Source: Candidatus Nanohalalkaliarchaeum halalkaliphilum
Lineage (GTDB): Archaea > Nanohalarchaeota > Nanosalinia > Nanosalinales > Nanohalalkaliarchaeaceae
Direction of reading: 5' to 3'
DNA length: 47,532 nt
NCBI GenBank assembly: GCA_022729315.1
Contig: JALDAF010000002.1
Coordinates: 1-47,532 of the forward strand
Shown: piece by piece, positions 19,057-28,521 of the stretch
Layout: the number at the start of each line of letters is the position of its first letter
How positions within the stretch are numbered: position 1 is the first letter of the stretch
The notes under the pieces: model-generated
Databases searched by the model: none
What the model saw: the letters and a program-made list of their open reading frames with translations, nothing else
What the model was told of the DNA's origin: nothing
Program-made: the position numbers and the translations under genes

Positions 19057-20271
19057 ATGACCTGTTTCAATACGATCGACGATATGCCGGCACGGCAGAC
19101 CGTGCTTACGAGGATAGATATCAACGCACCCGTCAAAGAGGGTGTGGTGCAGGACTGTAAACGGTTTGAGCGGCATGCTGCCACTATAACGGATCTTCTG
19201 GACCGTGGGCACGCCGTGGCGTTGCTGGCGCATCAGGGGCGGCCCGGTCGCGATTCGTATATGGCGCTGGAGCAGCATGCGGACATCCTTTCAACGCGGC
19301 TTCGTCGGGAGGTGCGGTACGTCGATGATGTGGGCGGTGAGAAGGCGGCAACCGCTGTGAACAGTCTTGATGCCGGGGACGTGCTGTTGCTTGAGAACAC
19401 CAGGTTTTCAGACCATGAACTGCGGGAACTACCTCCGGAACGGCACGCGGAGAACGGGTTTGTGCAGAACCTGTCGGCTGCCGCGGACTGTTTCGTGAAC
19501 GATGCGTACTCGGCAGCCCACCGGTCGCACGCCTCACTTGTCGGGTTTCCTGCTGTGATGGATGCGTATGCCGGACCGGTCATGGCACAGGAGTACAGAC
19601 ATAATTCGCGGATCAGAAACGGGCTGGACGGCAGGACCACGATAGTGCTGGGCGGGAAAAAGACCGGTGATGTACTGCACGTGATGGACCGGCTGATCGC
19701 GGATGATGCCGTTGACTCGTTCCTGATGGGCGGACTGGTCGGTGAACTGTTCCTGCGGGCGGAAGGGCATGATGTCGGATACGATGTTGATGATAGCCGG
19801 TTCATGCACAAGCAGTGGCTGGCGTACCGTGACACGGTGAAACGGTTGCTTGCCGACCACCGTGGCAGGATCCACCTCCCGCTGGACCTTGCGTTCCATG
19901 ACGCTGACCGGGAGCGGACAGAAGTAGCTGTTTCCGATGCTGCAAAGGAAGAACCGTACTGGGATATCGGCCATGAGACGATGGAGCAGTACACGCGCAT
20001 CATACGTCACAGTGACGCGGTCCTCGTGAAGGGGGCGCCCGGCGTGTTCGAGGACGAGACGTTCGCGCACGGGACGAAAACGCTTCTCGAAGCGATCGGA
20101 ACGCACGGGTGTTTCTCCGTGGTGGGTGGCGGCGATACGTCCCGCTGCATCGACCTGTACGATCTGGACGAAACTGATTTCGACCACGTGTCTATCGCGG
20201 GCGGCGCCTACATCCGGGCATTGACCGGGGAACCCCTTCCCGCCGTTGAGGCACTGCGGGTCCAAAGATGA
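19057..20271 (+). CDS. pgk: Phosphoglycerate kinase
   Basis: RIDINAPV, LLENTRF, AHRSHAS and VVGGGDT motifs. It starts 6 nt after the gap stop. Confidence 0.9.
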   Translation: MTCFNTIDDMPARQTVLTRIDINAPVKEGVVQDCKRFERHAATITDLLDRGHAVALLAHQGRPGRDSYMALEQHADILSTRLRREVRYVDDVGGEKAATAVNSLDAGDVLLLENTRFSDHELRELPPERHAENGFVQNLSAAADCFVNDAYSAAHRSHASLVGFPAVMDAYAGPVMAQEYRHNSRIRNGLDGRTTIVLGGKKTGDVLHVMDRLIADDAVDSFLMGGLVGELFLRAEGHDVGYDVDDSRFMHKQWLAYRDTVKRLLADHRGRIHLPLDLAFHDADRERTEVAVSDAAKEEPYWDIGHETMEQYTRIIRHSDAVLVKGAPGVFEDETFAHGTKTLLEAIGTHGCFSVVGGGDTSRCIDLYDLDETDFDHVSIAGGAYIRALTGEPLPAVEALRVQR

Positions 20272-20300
20272 TGTGTTCACCGCGAACGTATTCTGAGGAG

Positions 20301-21038
20301 CTATGCCTCCGCACTGGCCCAGACCAGTTCGAAGTAGCTCATGAAACTGTCCGCGGCCTGTCTGTCCTTGATCATGATGACGAGCGGGTTGTCGATCCAG
20401 AAGATGATGCCGACCCTGGAGCCGTAGATGCACATGGAGACACTTGATTTGTATCCTTCCGGCAGGTACCGGTGTTCGATCGGTTCGTGTTCACCGACCA
20501 TGCCGCGCATCCGGTGCTCGAACACGCCCTTGATCTTGATGCCGTTTTCCTGTCGTTTCTTCGTCCACGTGGGTAGAAAGTACTGCAGGATATCTTCGGA
20601 TTCTTCCGGCGATCCGATGAGGTAGATGGTCTCTCCTTCCCGGAGCTCATCGTTAAACAGGTGCTTGATCCCTTCCTTGCCCTGCAGAACTTTCACGTCC
20701 CGTTCATCCTGTTCCGCGGTAAAGTGTGCCATCAGGTCCGGCAGGACCGCGTCCACCCGTTCCTCCAGCTCCGTGAGATCTGCACGTTTCTCCTCGATCA
20801 GTTCCTGCAACCGCTCCGGGTTCGTCGCCTCGTACACCCGACGGTTCTCCTCATCCACGTAGCTGACCAGTCCCTTCTCTGTCAGCGACTCCATCACGTC
20901 GTACGCCAGCCGACGGTGAACGCCTGCCTTCTTCGAAACCGCGGAGGCCGTGTCCGCACCGTTCCGCAGCAACGTCATATACACGGTGGACTCTGACTCC
21001 GTCAGATCCATGTCCGCCAGTACCTCCTCCGGCTCCAT
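20301..21038 (-). CDS. trmB: TrmB-family transcriptional regulator
   Basis: N-terminal wHTH LTESESTVYMTLLRNGADTASAVSKKAGVHRRLAYDVMESLTEKGLVSYV plus a C-terminal effector-type domain. Confidence 0.8.
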   Translation of the reverse strand: MEPEEVLADMDLTESESTVYMTLLRNGADTASAVSKKAGVHRRLAYDVMESLTEKGLVSYVDEENRRVYEATNPERLQELIEEKRADLTELEERVDAVLPDLMAHFTAEQDERDVKVLQGKEGIKHLFNDELREGETIYLIGSPEESEDILQYFLPTWTKKRQENGIKIKGVFEHRMRGMVGEHEPIEHRYLPEGYKSSVSMCIYGSRVGIIFWIDNPLVIMIKDRQAADSFMSYFELVWASAEA

Positions 21039-21146
21039 ACGTTCACATACGGCGTAATCCTTAAGGCGGTTTGGTGCACGCCGTGTGGTATACTGTCTAC
21101 ACTACACACCTTGACGTTCTCCCGGCACCCAGTCTACATTGTAACG

Positions 21147-22154
21147 ATGGTCGCTGACGGTTATGGACAGCACCCGGATCACGAGACATCTGCACAAACC
21201 GTGGATGATGATGATACAACTGCTGTGACGGCGATCGGTGAACTGGTCGCAGACCATGTGGTGCCACTGGACGATGTTGACCGCCGGTACCGTGAGATGT
21301 GGCAGGATGAGGACTGGTTCCCTGCCGCCGGTGAAAGTATCGTTGCGGAGGATGTCCCCGCGTACCTCAACGAATTTGTCGTGGAAACATATCCCGGTGG
21401 GCGCGGACCGAACCAGGCCGTTTCCGCCGCACTTAGCGGTGCAAACACGTCTTTTTACGGGATGGTCGGACCCGGCGGCGATCCACTTCTCGACGAACTT
21501 GCGGAACATGGCGTGGATGTCGGTGACGTGGCGTACGATGCAGCCAAAGAAGAGAGCACCTGTTACGTGATGGTCGAGGATGACGGAGAAAACCGGATCG
21601 CGTTCATGCGCGGCACCAACAGCGCACCCACTCGGGACTACCTTGATGAGCGTGTTTCGAGCACAAGTGCGGACTACCTCCTGCTTCACAACGGCGATCC
21701 CGCGGACACCATCAAACGAGTGCTTGACACTGTCGAGGAACAGGAGGAGGGACCGTCAGTCATATTCGACCCGGCGCCCGTGGACGGTGCGGACCAGTGG
21801 CTTGACTACGACTGCGTCGACATCGTGACACCGAACGAGGTGGAGTACGCGGCGCTCGATGACGTGCTTGGTGACTACGATGGCACCGTGATACAGACCA
21901 GTGCAGACGGAGCCACCGTGGACACAGGACATGACCGGTACCACGTATCGTCGCCGGAGGTGGACGTGGTGGACACGACCGGGGCCGGAGACACGTTGAA
22001 CGGATACCTGGCAGGATGCCTTTCACAGGGAGCCACCACGGAGGAAGCTGTTACGTACGCGGTGTATGCCGCCTCCCTCTCTGTCACGCGGGAGGGTGCG
22101 CAGCCATCGATGCCGGCGCTCGAGGAGGTCGAACGGTTCATGGATGGAGGATAG
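21147..22154 (+). CDS. PfkB/ribokinase-family carbohydrate kinase
   Basis: GGRGPNQA and DTTGAGDTLNGYLAG motifs. ATG at 21147 is preferred over TTG at 21111. Substrate cannot be called from sequence alone. Confidence 0.8.
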   Translation: MVADGYGQHPDHETSAQTVDDDDTTAVTAIGELVADHVVPLDDVDRRYREMWQDEDWFPAAGESIVAEDVPAYLNEFVVETYPGGRGPNQAVSAALSGANTSFYGMVGPGGDPLLDELAEHGVDVGDVAYDAAKEESTCYVMVEDDGENRIAFMRGTNSAPTRDYLDERVSSTSADYLLLHNGDPADTIKRVLDTVEEQEEGPSVIFDPAPVDGADQWLDYDCVDIVTPNEVEYAALDDVLGDYDGTVIQTSADGATVDTGHDRYHVSSPEVDVVDTTGAGDTLNGYLAGCLSQGATTEEAVTYAVYAASLSVTREGAQPSMPALEEVERFMDGG

Positions 22155-22180
22155 GCAGGATATTGCTTTTCCCTCCGATA

Positions 22181-23641
22181 TCATCCACCGTTTGATGGCG
22201 GTTCATCGTCCACCGGATCGTCAGAAACCGATCCATCGGCACCGTTTTGCATCTGTTGCGGCCCCGGTTCCGGCGGTTGATTGACCGCTGCACCGAACTC
22301 TTCGAACACGTCTTCAATAAGGTCAACGAACTCACGGTTGAGCGAGTCGAACGCATCCGGATCCTCTGCCTCGATGGTGATACGGATTTTTGGGGTGGTG
22401 TTGGATGCACGGATAAGCACCCATCCCTTCTCCTTATCAACCCGGACGCCATCCATCGTATTCGTATGCTGGTATTCATGTGTGATGATGTCCTGCAGTG
22501 CGTTCATGACGGCAAACTTGTCTCGCGGCGGTACACGGTACGACATCCGCCCCTGGTAGTAGTGTGGGAGATTGTCCACAACGAGTGACAGCGGCTGGTC
22601 AAGCCTGGAGACAACCTCTGCCAGGTACAGCGAGGTTGCGATCCCATCGTCCATCGGAAGGACATGCGGAACCCCGATATGCCCGGATTTCTCCACGCCA
22701 AGACAGGCACTGTGCTCCCGCATGGCCTTGAACAGGTAGGTATGTCCTACCCGGACCCGTATCACGTCCTTTCCGTACTGTCCGGCCACGTGCTCCAGCA
22801 AACGGGAACATTCGACGTTCGCCACGACAGGACCGTCCCACCGTTCCGCGATCTGCTGCAGGAGAACTGCGCCCAGCTGCTCGGAGCTGAGCAACCGCCC
22901 GTTCCCATCTACAGCTGCCACCCTATCCGCATCACCATCGTAGGCGATGCCGACATCGTGATCGCCTTCCTGCATCCTCACCCTGAGTTCTGCCAGCGAA
23001 TCCTTTGTCACATCAGACCCGCGCTTAGGGAACATGCCATCCGGTGTATCATTGATGACGGTCGTCTTGGCACCTGCCTCGTTAAAGAGTAACGGGGCAA
23101 CGATACTGGCACTACCATTCCCACAGTCCATCAACACGTCGACATCACCGATATCAACCTGTGAACGCAGATACTTTTTGTACTGGTCGACAGCCTCCAC
23201 AGTTTGCTCCTCCCCCATCCGGTTCGCGAGGCCTTCCTCCTGGTAGAACGCGTCGCGTATTGCCATGTTTGCTTCCTCGGAGTAGCCGACACCGGTTCCA
23301 TCAGCGAACTTGACGCCGTTCCATCCCGGCGGCAGATGGGATGCGGTAATATACGCGGTGCGGACACCATCCTGCCAGCCTTTATAGAGAACCACGCCAT
23401 ACGGGGCCATACCAACATCCTTCATAGTCATCCCGGCTTTCCGGGCACCCTGCTTGAACGCATCAGAAAACTCCGGACTCGACGTGCGGACGTCATGACC
23501 GATCAATGCGGTATGTTCACCGTGTTCACGCATACTCTGGGCGGCGAACGCGTATCCGATCCGCTCCATCACGTTCGGCGTCAACTCTTCACCGGTTTTC
23601 CCTCGGATATCATATGCGCGGAAGATATGGTCGAGCGACAT
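22181..23641 (-). CDS. Phosphoglucomutase/phosphomannomutase family protein
   Basis: Active-site TASHLPPGWNG and metal loop AYDGDADR. Start placed at MSLDHIFRAYDIRG (23641) because GATTTATTTAAG lies about 25 nt upstream. The ORF is open to 23692. It has an acidic Pro-rich C-terminal tail. Confidence 0.85.
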   Translation of the reverse strand: MSLDHIFRAYDIRGKTGEELTPNVMERIGYAFAAQSMREHGEHTALIGHDVRTSSPEFSDAFKQGARKAGMTMKDVGMAPYGVVLYKGWQDGVRTAYITASHLPPGWNGVKFADGTGVGYSEEANMAIRDAFYQEEGLANRMGEEQTVEAVDQYKKYLRSQVDIGDVDVLMDCGNGSASIVAPLLFNEAGAKTTVINDTPDGMFPKRGSDVTKDSLAELRVRMQEGDHDVGIAYDGDADRVAAVDGNGRLLSSEQLGAVLLQQIAERWDGPVVANVECSRLLEHVAGQYGKDVIRVRVGHTYLFKAMREHSACLGVEKSGHIGVPHVLPMDDGIATSLYLAEVVSRLDQPLSLVVDNLPHYYQGRMSYRVPPRDKFAVMNALQDIITHEYQHTNTMDGVRVDKEKGWVLIRASNTTPKIRITIEAEDPDAFDSLNREFVDLIEDVFEEFGAAVNQPPEPGPQQMQNGADGSVSDDPVDDEPPSNGG

Positions 23642-23990
23642 ACCACACTCTTCTTCGAGAGGCTTAAATAAATCTATGGCGCCCACCCCCATTCAAGTAC
23701 CCCCTCCTTCTCAACCCCAAAACACCGCGAGCCGATACTAGCAGGCTGAACGGCATCGAAACGCCTCTAAACACCGGATCCGATGATCAAGGCGCTTGCG
23801 GACACTGCGGCCATCCAGGATAGTCGGCGTATAACCAGTTTATAACGGTGAAACGGGAGGAATGGAATGAGTACACGCCCCCTATGACGTCGTGGGAACA
23901 TGACGCGTACCTCCATACGTACTAGTAAAGTATCTGCACCGGAGATTTCCGTGAATCCAGTACGATTTATTAATCTCGAAGACTGGAGTC

Positions 23991-24542
23991 ATGGTTATGG
24001 CTGATGAAGGCCCTGTTGAGGGAAAGCTTCTGCAGAACCGGGTACGTGTCTGGGAGAACCAGGAGGAGCTGCATAGCGAACTGTACTACGGAAAGATGAT
24101 CGACGACTACCTGGAACTGTCGCTGGTGGAAACCCTGCACCTCGTTGACCGTGACGAACTCCTGGTACACGAGGACGATGACGAGCTGTCCCGCGAAGAA
24201 CTGTTCGACCGGTTTACCGGGGTTGACGACGAGTTCCCACAGAAGTACGCTGTGTACAGCGATCTCCGGGAGCGCGGCTACATCCTCAAATCCGGGTTCA
24301 AGTTTGGCACGCATTTCCGCGTATACCCGCGTGGCGTGAACCCGTACAAGGAGGGGCCGAAGACACAGAAAGAGCATACGAAATGGGTGGTGCACGCCGT
24401 TCCCGAAAACCATACGTTCACCTACCAGGAGATGTCACGCGCGGTGCGGCTCGCCCAGAATATCCGGGCAACCATGCTCTGGGGGATCGTGGACACAGAG
24501 AACGAGGTCACGTACTATCGCATCGATCGGATCACCCCCTGA
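23991..24542 (+). CDS. endA: tRNA-splicing endonuclease
   Basis: 183 aa. LSLVETLHL, YSDLRERGY, KSGFKFGTHFRVY and HTKW segments fit the archaeal EndA catalytic domain. TTTATTAAT lies about 22 nt upstream. Confidence 0.85.
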   Translation: MVMADEGPVEGKLLQNRVRVWENQEELHSELYYGKMIDDYLELSLVETLHLVDRDELLVHEDDDELSREELFDRFTGVDDEFPQKYAVYSDLRERGYILKSGFKFGTHFRVYPRGVNPYKEGPKTQKEHTKWVVHAVPENHTFTYQEMSRAVRLAQNIRATMLWGIVDTENEVTYYRIDRITP

Positions 24543-24616
24543 TCAGATACGAGCTACCGCATCGATCGGATCACACCCTGATCAGATACGAGCTACCGCA
24601 TCGATCGGATCACACC
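24519..24616. repeat. 39-bp direct tandem repeat, 2.5 copies, reiterating the endA 3' end including its stop codon
   Basis: Copies are at 24519-24557, 24558-24596 and a partial one at 24597-24616. The unit is CGCATCGATCGGATCAC(C/A)CCCTGATCAGATACGAGCTAC, with one mismatch between the full copies. Confidence 0.95.
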
Positions 24617-24630
24617 ATAATAAGTATTAT
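24617..24630 (+). promoter_or_regulatory. TATA-like box (ATAATAAGTATTAT) upstream of the prepilin-like operon
   Basis: An AT-rich box about 30 nt upstream of ATG 24657, with no SD-like sequence in between. Confidence 0.4.
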
Positions 24631-24656
24631 GTAGGAGCTCCGCCAAACCTTACTGT

Positions 24657-26552
24657 ATGCATCGGCGCGGGGTGTCCGAACTTGTTTCTCTCGTGTTTTT
24701 TATCGCGATAGTGGTCGTGGCGATCGGTATTACGTTGAACATCGCGCTTCCTCACATCGATCGGATGGAGGACACGGCATCCATACAGAACAGTATCACG
24801 TTCCTCACCGAACTCGATAGCGCGATACAGGAGGTTGCCACAACCGGGCAGTACAGCAGCCGAACCGTCAGTGTCCGGTTCCAGGACGGACAGTACCGGT
24901 TTGACTCCGACCAGGGACTGTTTTACTATGAGATCGACACGGATTCGGCCCTCGTCTCCGCCCATGGAACACAGCGGCAGGGACCGGTCGAACTCACCGC
25001 CAATGCAGACATCTCGGTAACACAGGAATCTGTGAACGGTGTAGACTGCCATATGATGGAGAACCAGTACCTGGAAGCCTGTATCCGGTACATCCCGGAG
25101 ACGTTCGATCCAGATGATCATCCCAGTCTGATCGGATACTGGCGACTGGAGGAGGAAACCGGCCAGTGGACGAACGACTCCTCTCGCTATAGCAATGATG
25201 CCGCTGTCGTGGACGATCCAGAACGTGGAGAGCCCGGCGTTTGGAGCAATGCTTGGGGTATCGGCGGTGACAGCAGCCCCATCGGATATGGAGAGACCGA
25301 TATCGACTACGAGGGGAGTTTTACAGTCAGTGTGTGGGTACAGGCAGATCCTGAAGGAACGAATGATGATCCCAGACAGGCATTTTTTTCATCCTCTGAC
25401 GACTTCACCCTGGATGGATCATTCCAGTTAGATACGGATGGTGACGGGAATCTGACCACTGCCGCGGAAGGCGGCGGAGAGGAAACATCTGTCGTATTCG
25501 GAGAGATTACTGAAGGCGAGTGGCAGCATGTGACGCTGGTCTCGGACCTGGAAAACGGAGTGGTTCGAGGATATCTGGATGGTGTAGAGGTGCATAACGA
25601 AGAAGTCAGTGAAGACGATACGTTCGCAAATTTCACCGAGGTCGGGATCGGGATCAACAGGGGCCGTACCTGGGCGTTCGAAGGATGGGTAGACGAGGTC
25701 CGTGTCTACAACCGGTCCCTGACCGCGGAGGAGATCCGGTGGCTGTACCTGCAGCGCGGTGATCTGCAGTACGTGAACACGAGTGAACTGGTGGTCCACC
25801 TGCACAACAAGCAGACGGATGAAACGCTGGACGGTGTGATCGATACGTATGTAAACAATTTTGAGACGACGCGGGAGGGACGTGGCCACACCGAACCGGA
25901 TAACATCGGTGGAAGCCTTGGACAGGGACTGATAACGGCCAATATTTCGACCGATGAGGGGCAGTATGATGTCGATTACCGGTTGTTGAGCGGTGCTGAT
26001 TTCCTGACGTTGGAAAGTGCCGGGGATCAGGTAACGGCAGGACTCGACTTTATTGTGGACGATGCGGACAGCGATACCGTGTATGTTGGTGGAGAGCAAA
26101 ATCCTTCGCCAGGTGTGTATACAGCGGATGATGGTATTTCATACGGTTATGGTGTTGCAGAGGGCACGGAGATGATCGCCGGTATCGTTGCAGGGTCCGG
26201 GTTCGATCAGATCGCGTACAGTGATACCGGTGAGGCACATGCGATAACCATAACGGATGATGGACGCAGCACGTTCCTCGTACCGTTCACAGACGGGACG
26301 CATGCGGATATCAGGAACCGGGAATCATTGATACATGGAGGCGTGTATGGTGCAAACCGGTTGTTCGACTATCCGTCACCGAACTTTGCCTCCGCTTTGA
26401 CCGATGAGCGAACAGTCCGGGCGTCGCTATCCTATGATACGATCCATCTGTCGGGGCGGGACCGGATCCTGTCTCCCGGAACCTACCAGTTACACGTTGA
26501 GAACCACGGTGCCGTGGACGGCAGGGCAAACGTATCGGTAACAGTCAGATAA
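24657..26552 (+). CDS. Prepilin-like (class III signal peptide) surface protein with LamG/concanavalin-like domain
   Basis: N-terminus MHRRG|VSELVSLVFFIAIVVVAIG. The LamG-type block (about 25128-25755) ends in WVDEVRVYNRSLTAEEIRWLY. Confidence 0.7.
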   Translation: MHRRGVSELVSLVFFIAIVVVAIGITLNIALPHIDRMEDTASIQNSITFLTELDSAIQEVATTGQYSSRTVSVRFQDGQYRFDSDQGLFYYEIDTDSALVSAHGTQRQGPVELTANADISVTQESVNGVDCHMMENQYLEACIRYIPETFDPDDHPSLIGYWRLEEETGQWTNDSSRYSNDAAVVDDPERGEPGVWSNAWGIGGDSSPIGYGETDIDYEGSFTVSVWVQADPEGTNDDPRQAFFSSSDDFTLDGSFQLDTDGDGNLTTAAEGGGEETSVVFGEITEGEWQHVTLVSDLENGVVRGYLDGVEVHNEEVSEDDTFANFTEVGIGINRGRTWAFEGWVDEVRVYNRSLTAEEIRWLYLQRGDLQYVNTSELVVHLHNKQTDETLDGVIDTYVNNFETTREGRGHTEPDNIGGSLGQGLITANISTDEGQYDVDYRLLSGADFLTLESAGDQVTAGLDFIVDDADSDTVYVGGEQNPSPGVYTADDGISYGYGVAEGTEMIAGIVAGSGFDQIAYSDTGEAHAITITDDGRSTFLVPFTDGTHADIRNRESLIHGGVYGANRLFDYPSPNFASALTDERTVRASLSYDTIHLSGRDRILSPGTYQLHVENHGAVDGRANVSVTVR

Positions 26553-26586
26553 ACATGTCGAACAGTCGGAACAGAGGAGTAACACG

Positions 26587-27855
26587 ATGCAGCGGAACGG
26601 AGTCGCTATCGGTATCAGTATGGCCATCGGCATGGCCATCTTCGTACTCGCCGTTGCATCCACGTTCCTCCTGTTCCAGGACGCACTTTCTCCACAAACC
26701 GGTACCGACCAGCAGACAGGAGCGATCGCCGACACCGCACTCAACCATTTCCAGGACCTGACCGACTGGACACTGTACCGGTCAACGGTTGCCATACACA
26801 GTAGCCACGACATCCCCCATCACCCCCTGGAGATACCGATCGTTCTTCCGGACGGAACCAGCGAGAACACTGTTCTCACGATGCGCGGGAACCGTGAGAT
26901 ACCGTCACAGTACCATGCTGATGATAACACGGTGGTGGTCGTGACAAATACCAGTAGCGGTGTCACAACACTGGACATCGTGCATGCAGAACACGGTGAA
27001 ATCACGCCCCGCCAGTACGACACCGGTCTGGAACGGCAGGAGAACACGACCTGGAACCAGCACATGAACGTCACTGTCAACAGTAACGGATTTACCGATA
27101 TCTCGTTCAAAGACGTTCCATTTTTGGAAGATGCTGCAGATATCGACGTCGATGATACCCCCGTGTTCGATGACGGACCGGTACGGACGCACTTCACGTA
27201 CAGCCAACCGGATGAGACAGCGGTACGTGTGTTTGACCGGTCAGGGCAGATCCGGGTCACTACCGCGTTCACGGGCGAAAAGGACTGGGAGTTCAACCTG
27301 ACAGGTGAGTTTACCGACATGTACGCATCCTCCCAGGACGACACCATAGATCTGGATGACTCCGGCACGCTGTTTTCCGAACCGTCGGATTTCGTCGACT
27401 TCTACGATGACGAGGGACTCGGCATCGCCGGTGACGACCTGTTCGTCACCGTGGAACGTGACACCAGTAACGCCCCGATCCAGGTGACGGTCAACTTCTC
27501 GGATGATGGCGGGGAGAAGGACGTACTGCTGTACGCCCACGACGGAAACTATACTGCGGCACTTCCCGTGGCGAACGCGTTCCTTGAGCCGTATACCGTG
27601 TCCACCGGCGTCCCTGTTTCAGTCACCGGTATCTCCCGGGACAGGGCTGCAGCGATCGAGGAATACGACTATGAAACGGTGCATGATCTTCTGGGGCTGC
27701 GAGGCGCCGACTACAACATCACCGTGGACGGCGTGTTCCAGAAGGGGAGGAACGTTCCGCGTGGTACCGTCCACGTCCACGAGTTTCCAGTACCGGTCGT
27801 TGAACGGTTTGCAAACGCTACGATAACCCATAAACAGATGCGGATCTGGAGATAA
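26587..27855 (+). CDS. Prepilin-like protein, 422 aa, body of unknown fold
   Basis: N-terminus MQRNG|VAIGISMAIGMAIFVLAVASTFLLF. GAGGAG lies about 9 nt upstream of the ATG. Confidence 0.6.
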   Translation: MQRNGVAIGISMAIGMAIFVLAVASTFLLFQDALSPQTGTDQQTGAIADTALNHFQDLTDWTLYRSTVAIHSSHDIPHHPLEIPIVLPDGTSENTVLTMRGNREIPSQYHADDNTVVVVTNTSSGVTTLDIVHAEHGEITPRQYDTGLERQENTTWNQHMNVTVNSNGFTDISFKDVPFLEDAADIDVDDTPVFDDGPVRTHFTYSQPDETAVRVFDRSGQIRVTTAFTGEKDWEFNLTGEFTDMYASSQDDTIDLDDSGTLFSEPSDFVDFYDDEGLGIAGDDLFVTVERDTSNAPIQVTVNFSDDGGEKDVLLYAHDGNYTAALPVANAFLEPYTVSTGVPVSVTGISRDRAAAIEEYDYETVHDLLGLRGADYNITVDGVFQKGRNVPRGTVHVHEFPVPVVERFANATITHKQMRIWR

Positions 27856-27858
27856 CCC

Positions 27859-28521
27859 ATGTCACGGATACAGAACCGGATCGGTGCGATATACGTGATC
27901 GAGGCGGTGATCGCTGCATTCATCCTGCTGTTCTTCATGCTGGTCCTGACACAGGCGCCGTTACTGGACTCGGGGACAGAGGTGCGGGACAAGACCCCTC
28001 ACGTGATAGACACGCTTGATACCGCAGGAGAGATCGCAGACCCCGCACACCGGCAGGATGTAGACGCTCTCGCCTCGCTTATCCGAGATCATGTTCCACA
28101 CCGTCAGATCGAGGTAGCGCTGCTCACGGTGAACAGCACAACCGGCGAACCTTCGATATTCGCTGATTACAGTCGTACATTCGACGTCACGGAGACCACG
28201 GAATCTGCGGTGTTACGGGTGTGGTACCGGGATGCCACTGCTCCAAACATCAGCATCAACCAGGAACCAGTACTGAACAACACCGGCACGGTACAGGATG
28301 AACAGGCACGGACAGACATCTCGGATCTTGTTGAACCCGGAGAAAACACACTGCATATCGACGTGGCGGACACGTCACAGATCGGGTACAGCATCGAGGT
28401 CTACGACCGTATACGGAGCGGAACCCCGCCACCCGGTGTGAACGTGTTCACCTCGACACATCTCCTGACCGGGACAAACACCAGTTTCCAGCCTGTGGAG
28501 GTGACGGTACTGGCATGGTAG
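27859..28521 (+). CDS. Prepilin-like protein, 220 aa
   Basis: N-terminus MSRIQNRIG|AIYVIEAVIAAFILLFFMLVL. It starts 3 nt after the preceding stop. Confidence 0.6.
   Translation: MSRIQNRIGAIYVIEAVIAAFILLFFMLVLTQAPLLDSGTEVRDKTPHVIDTLDTAGEIADPAHRQDVDALASLIRDHVPHRQIEVALLTVNSTTGEPSIFADYSRTFDVTETTESAVLRVWYRDATAPNISINQEPVLNNTGTVQDEQARTDISDLVEPGENTLHIDVADTSQIGYSIEVYDRIRSGTPPPGVNVFTSTHLLTGTNTSFQPVEVTVLAW

Noticed and set aside
19534-20433. 299-aa ORF antisense to pgk, running into the trmB-family gene
   Set aside because: Shadow ORF overlapping two well-supported genes.
24519-24616. Tandem repeat considered as a CRISPR array or replication-origin element
   Set aside because: Units are directly adjacent with no spacers and only 2.5 copies exist, so it is not CRISPR. 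No cdc6/orc1 gene or ORB-like repeats are nearby, so an origin call is unsupported, and the GATC clustering alone is insufficient.
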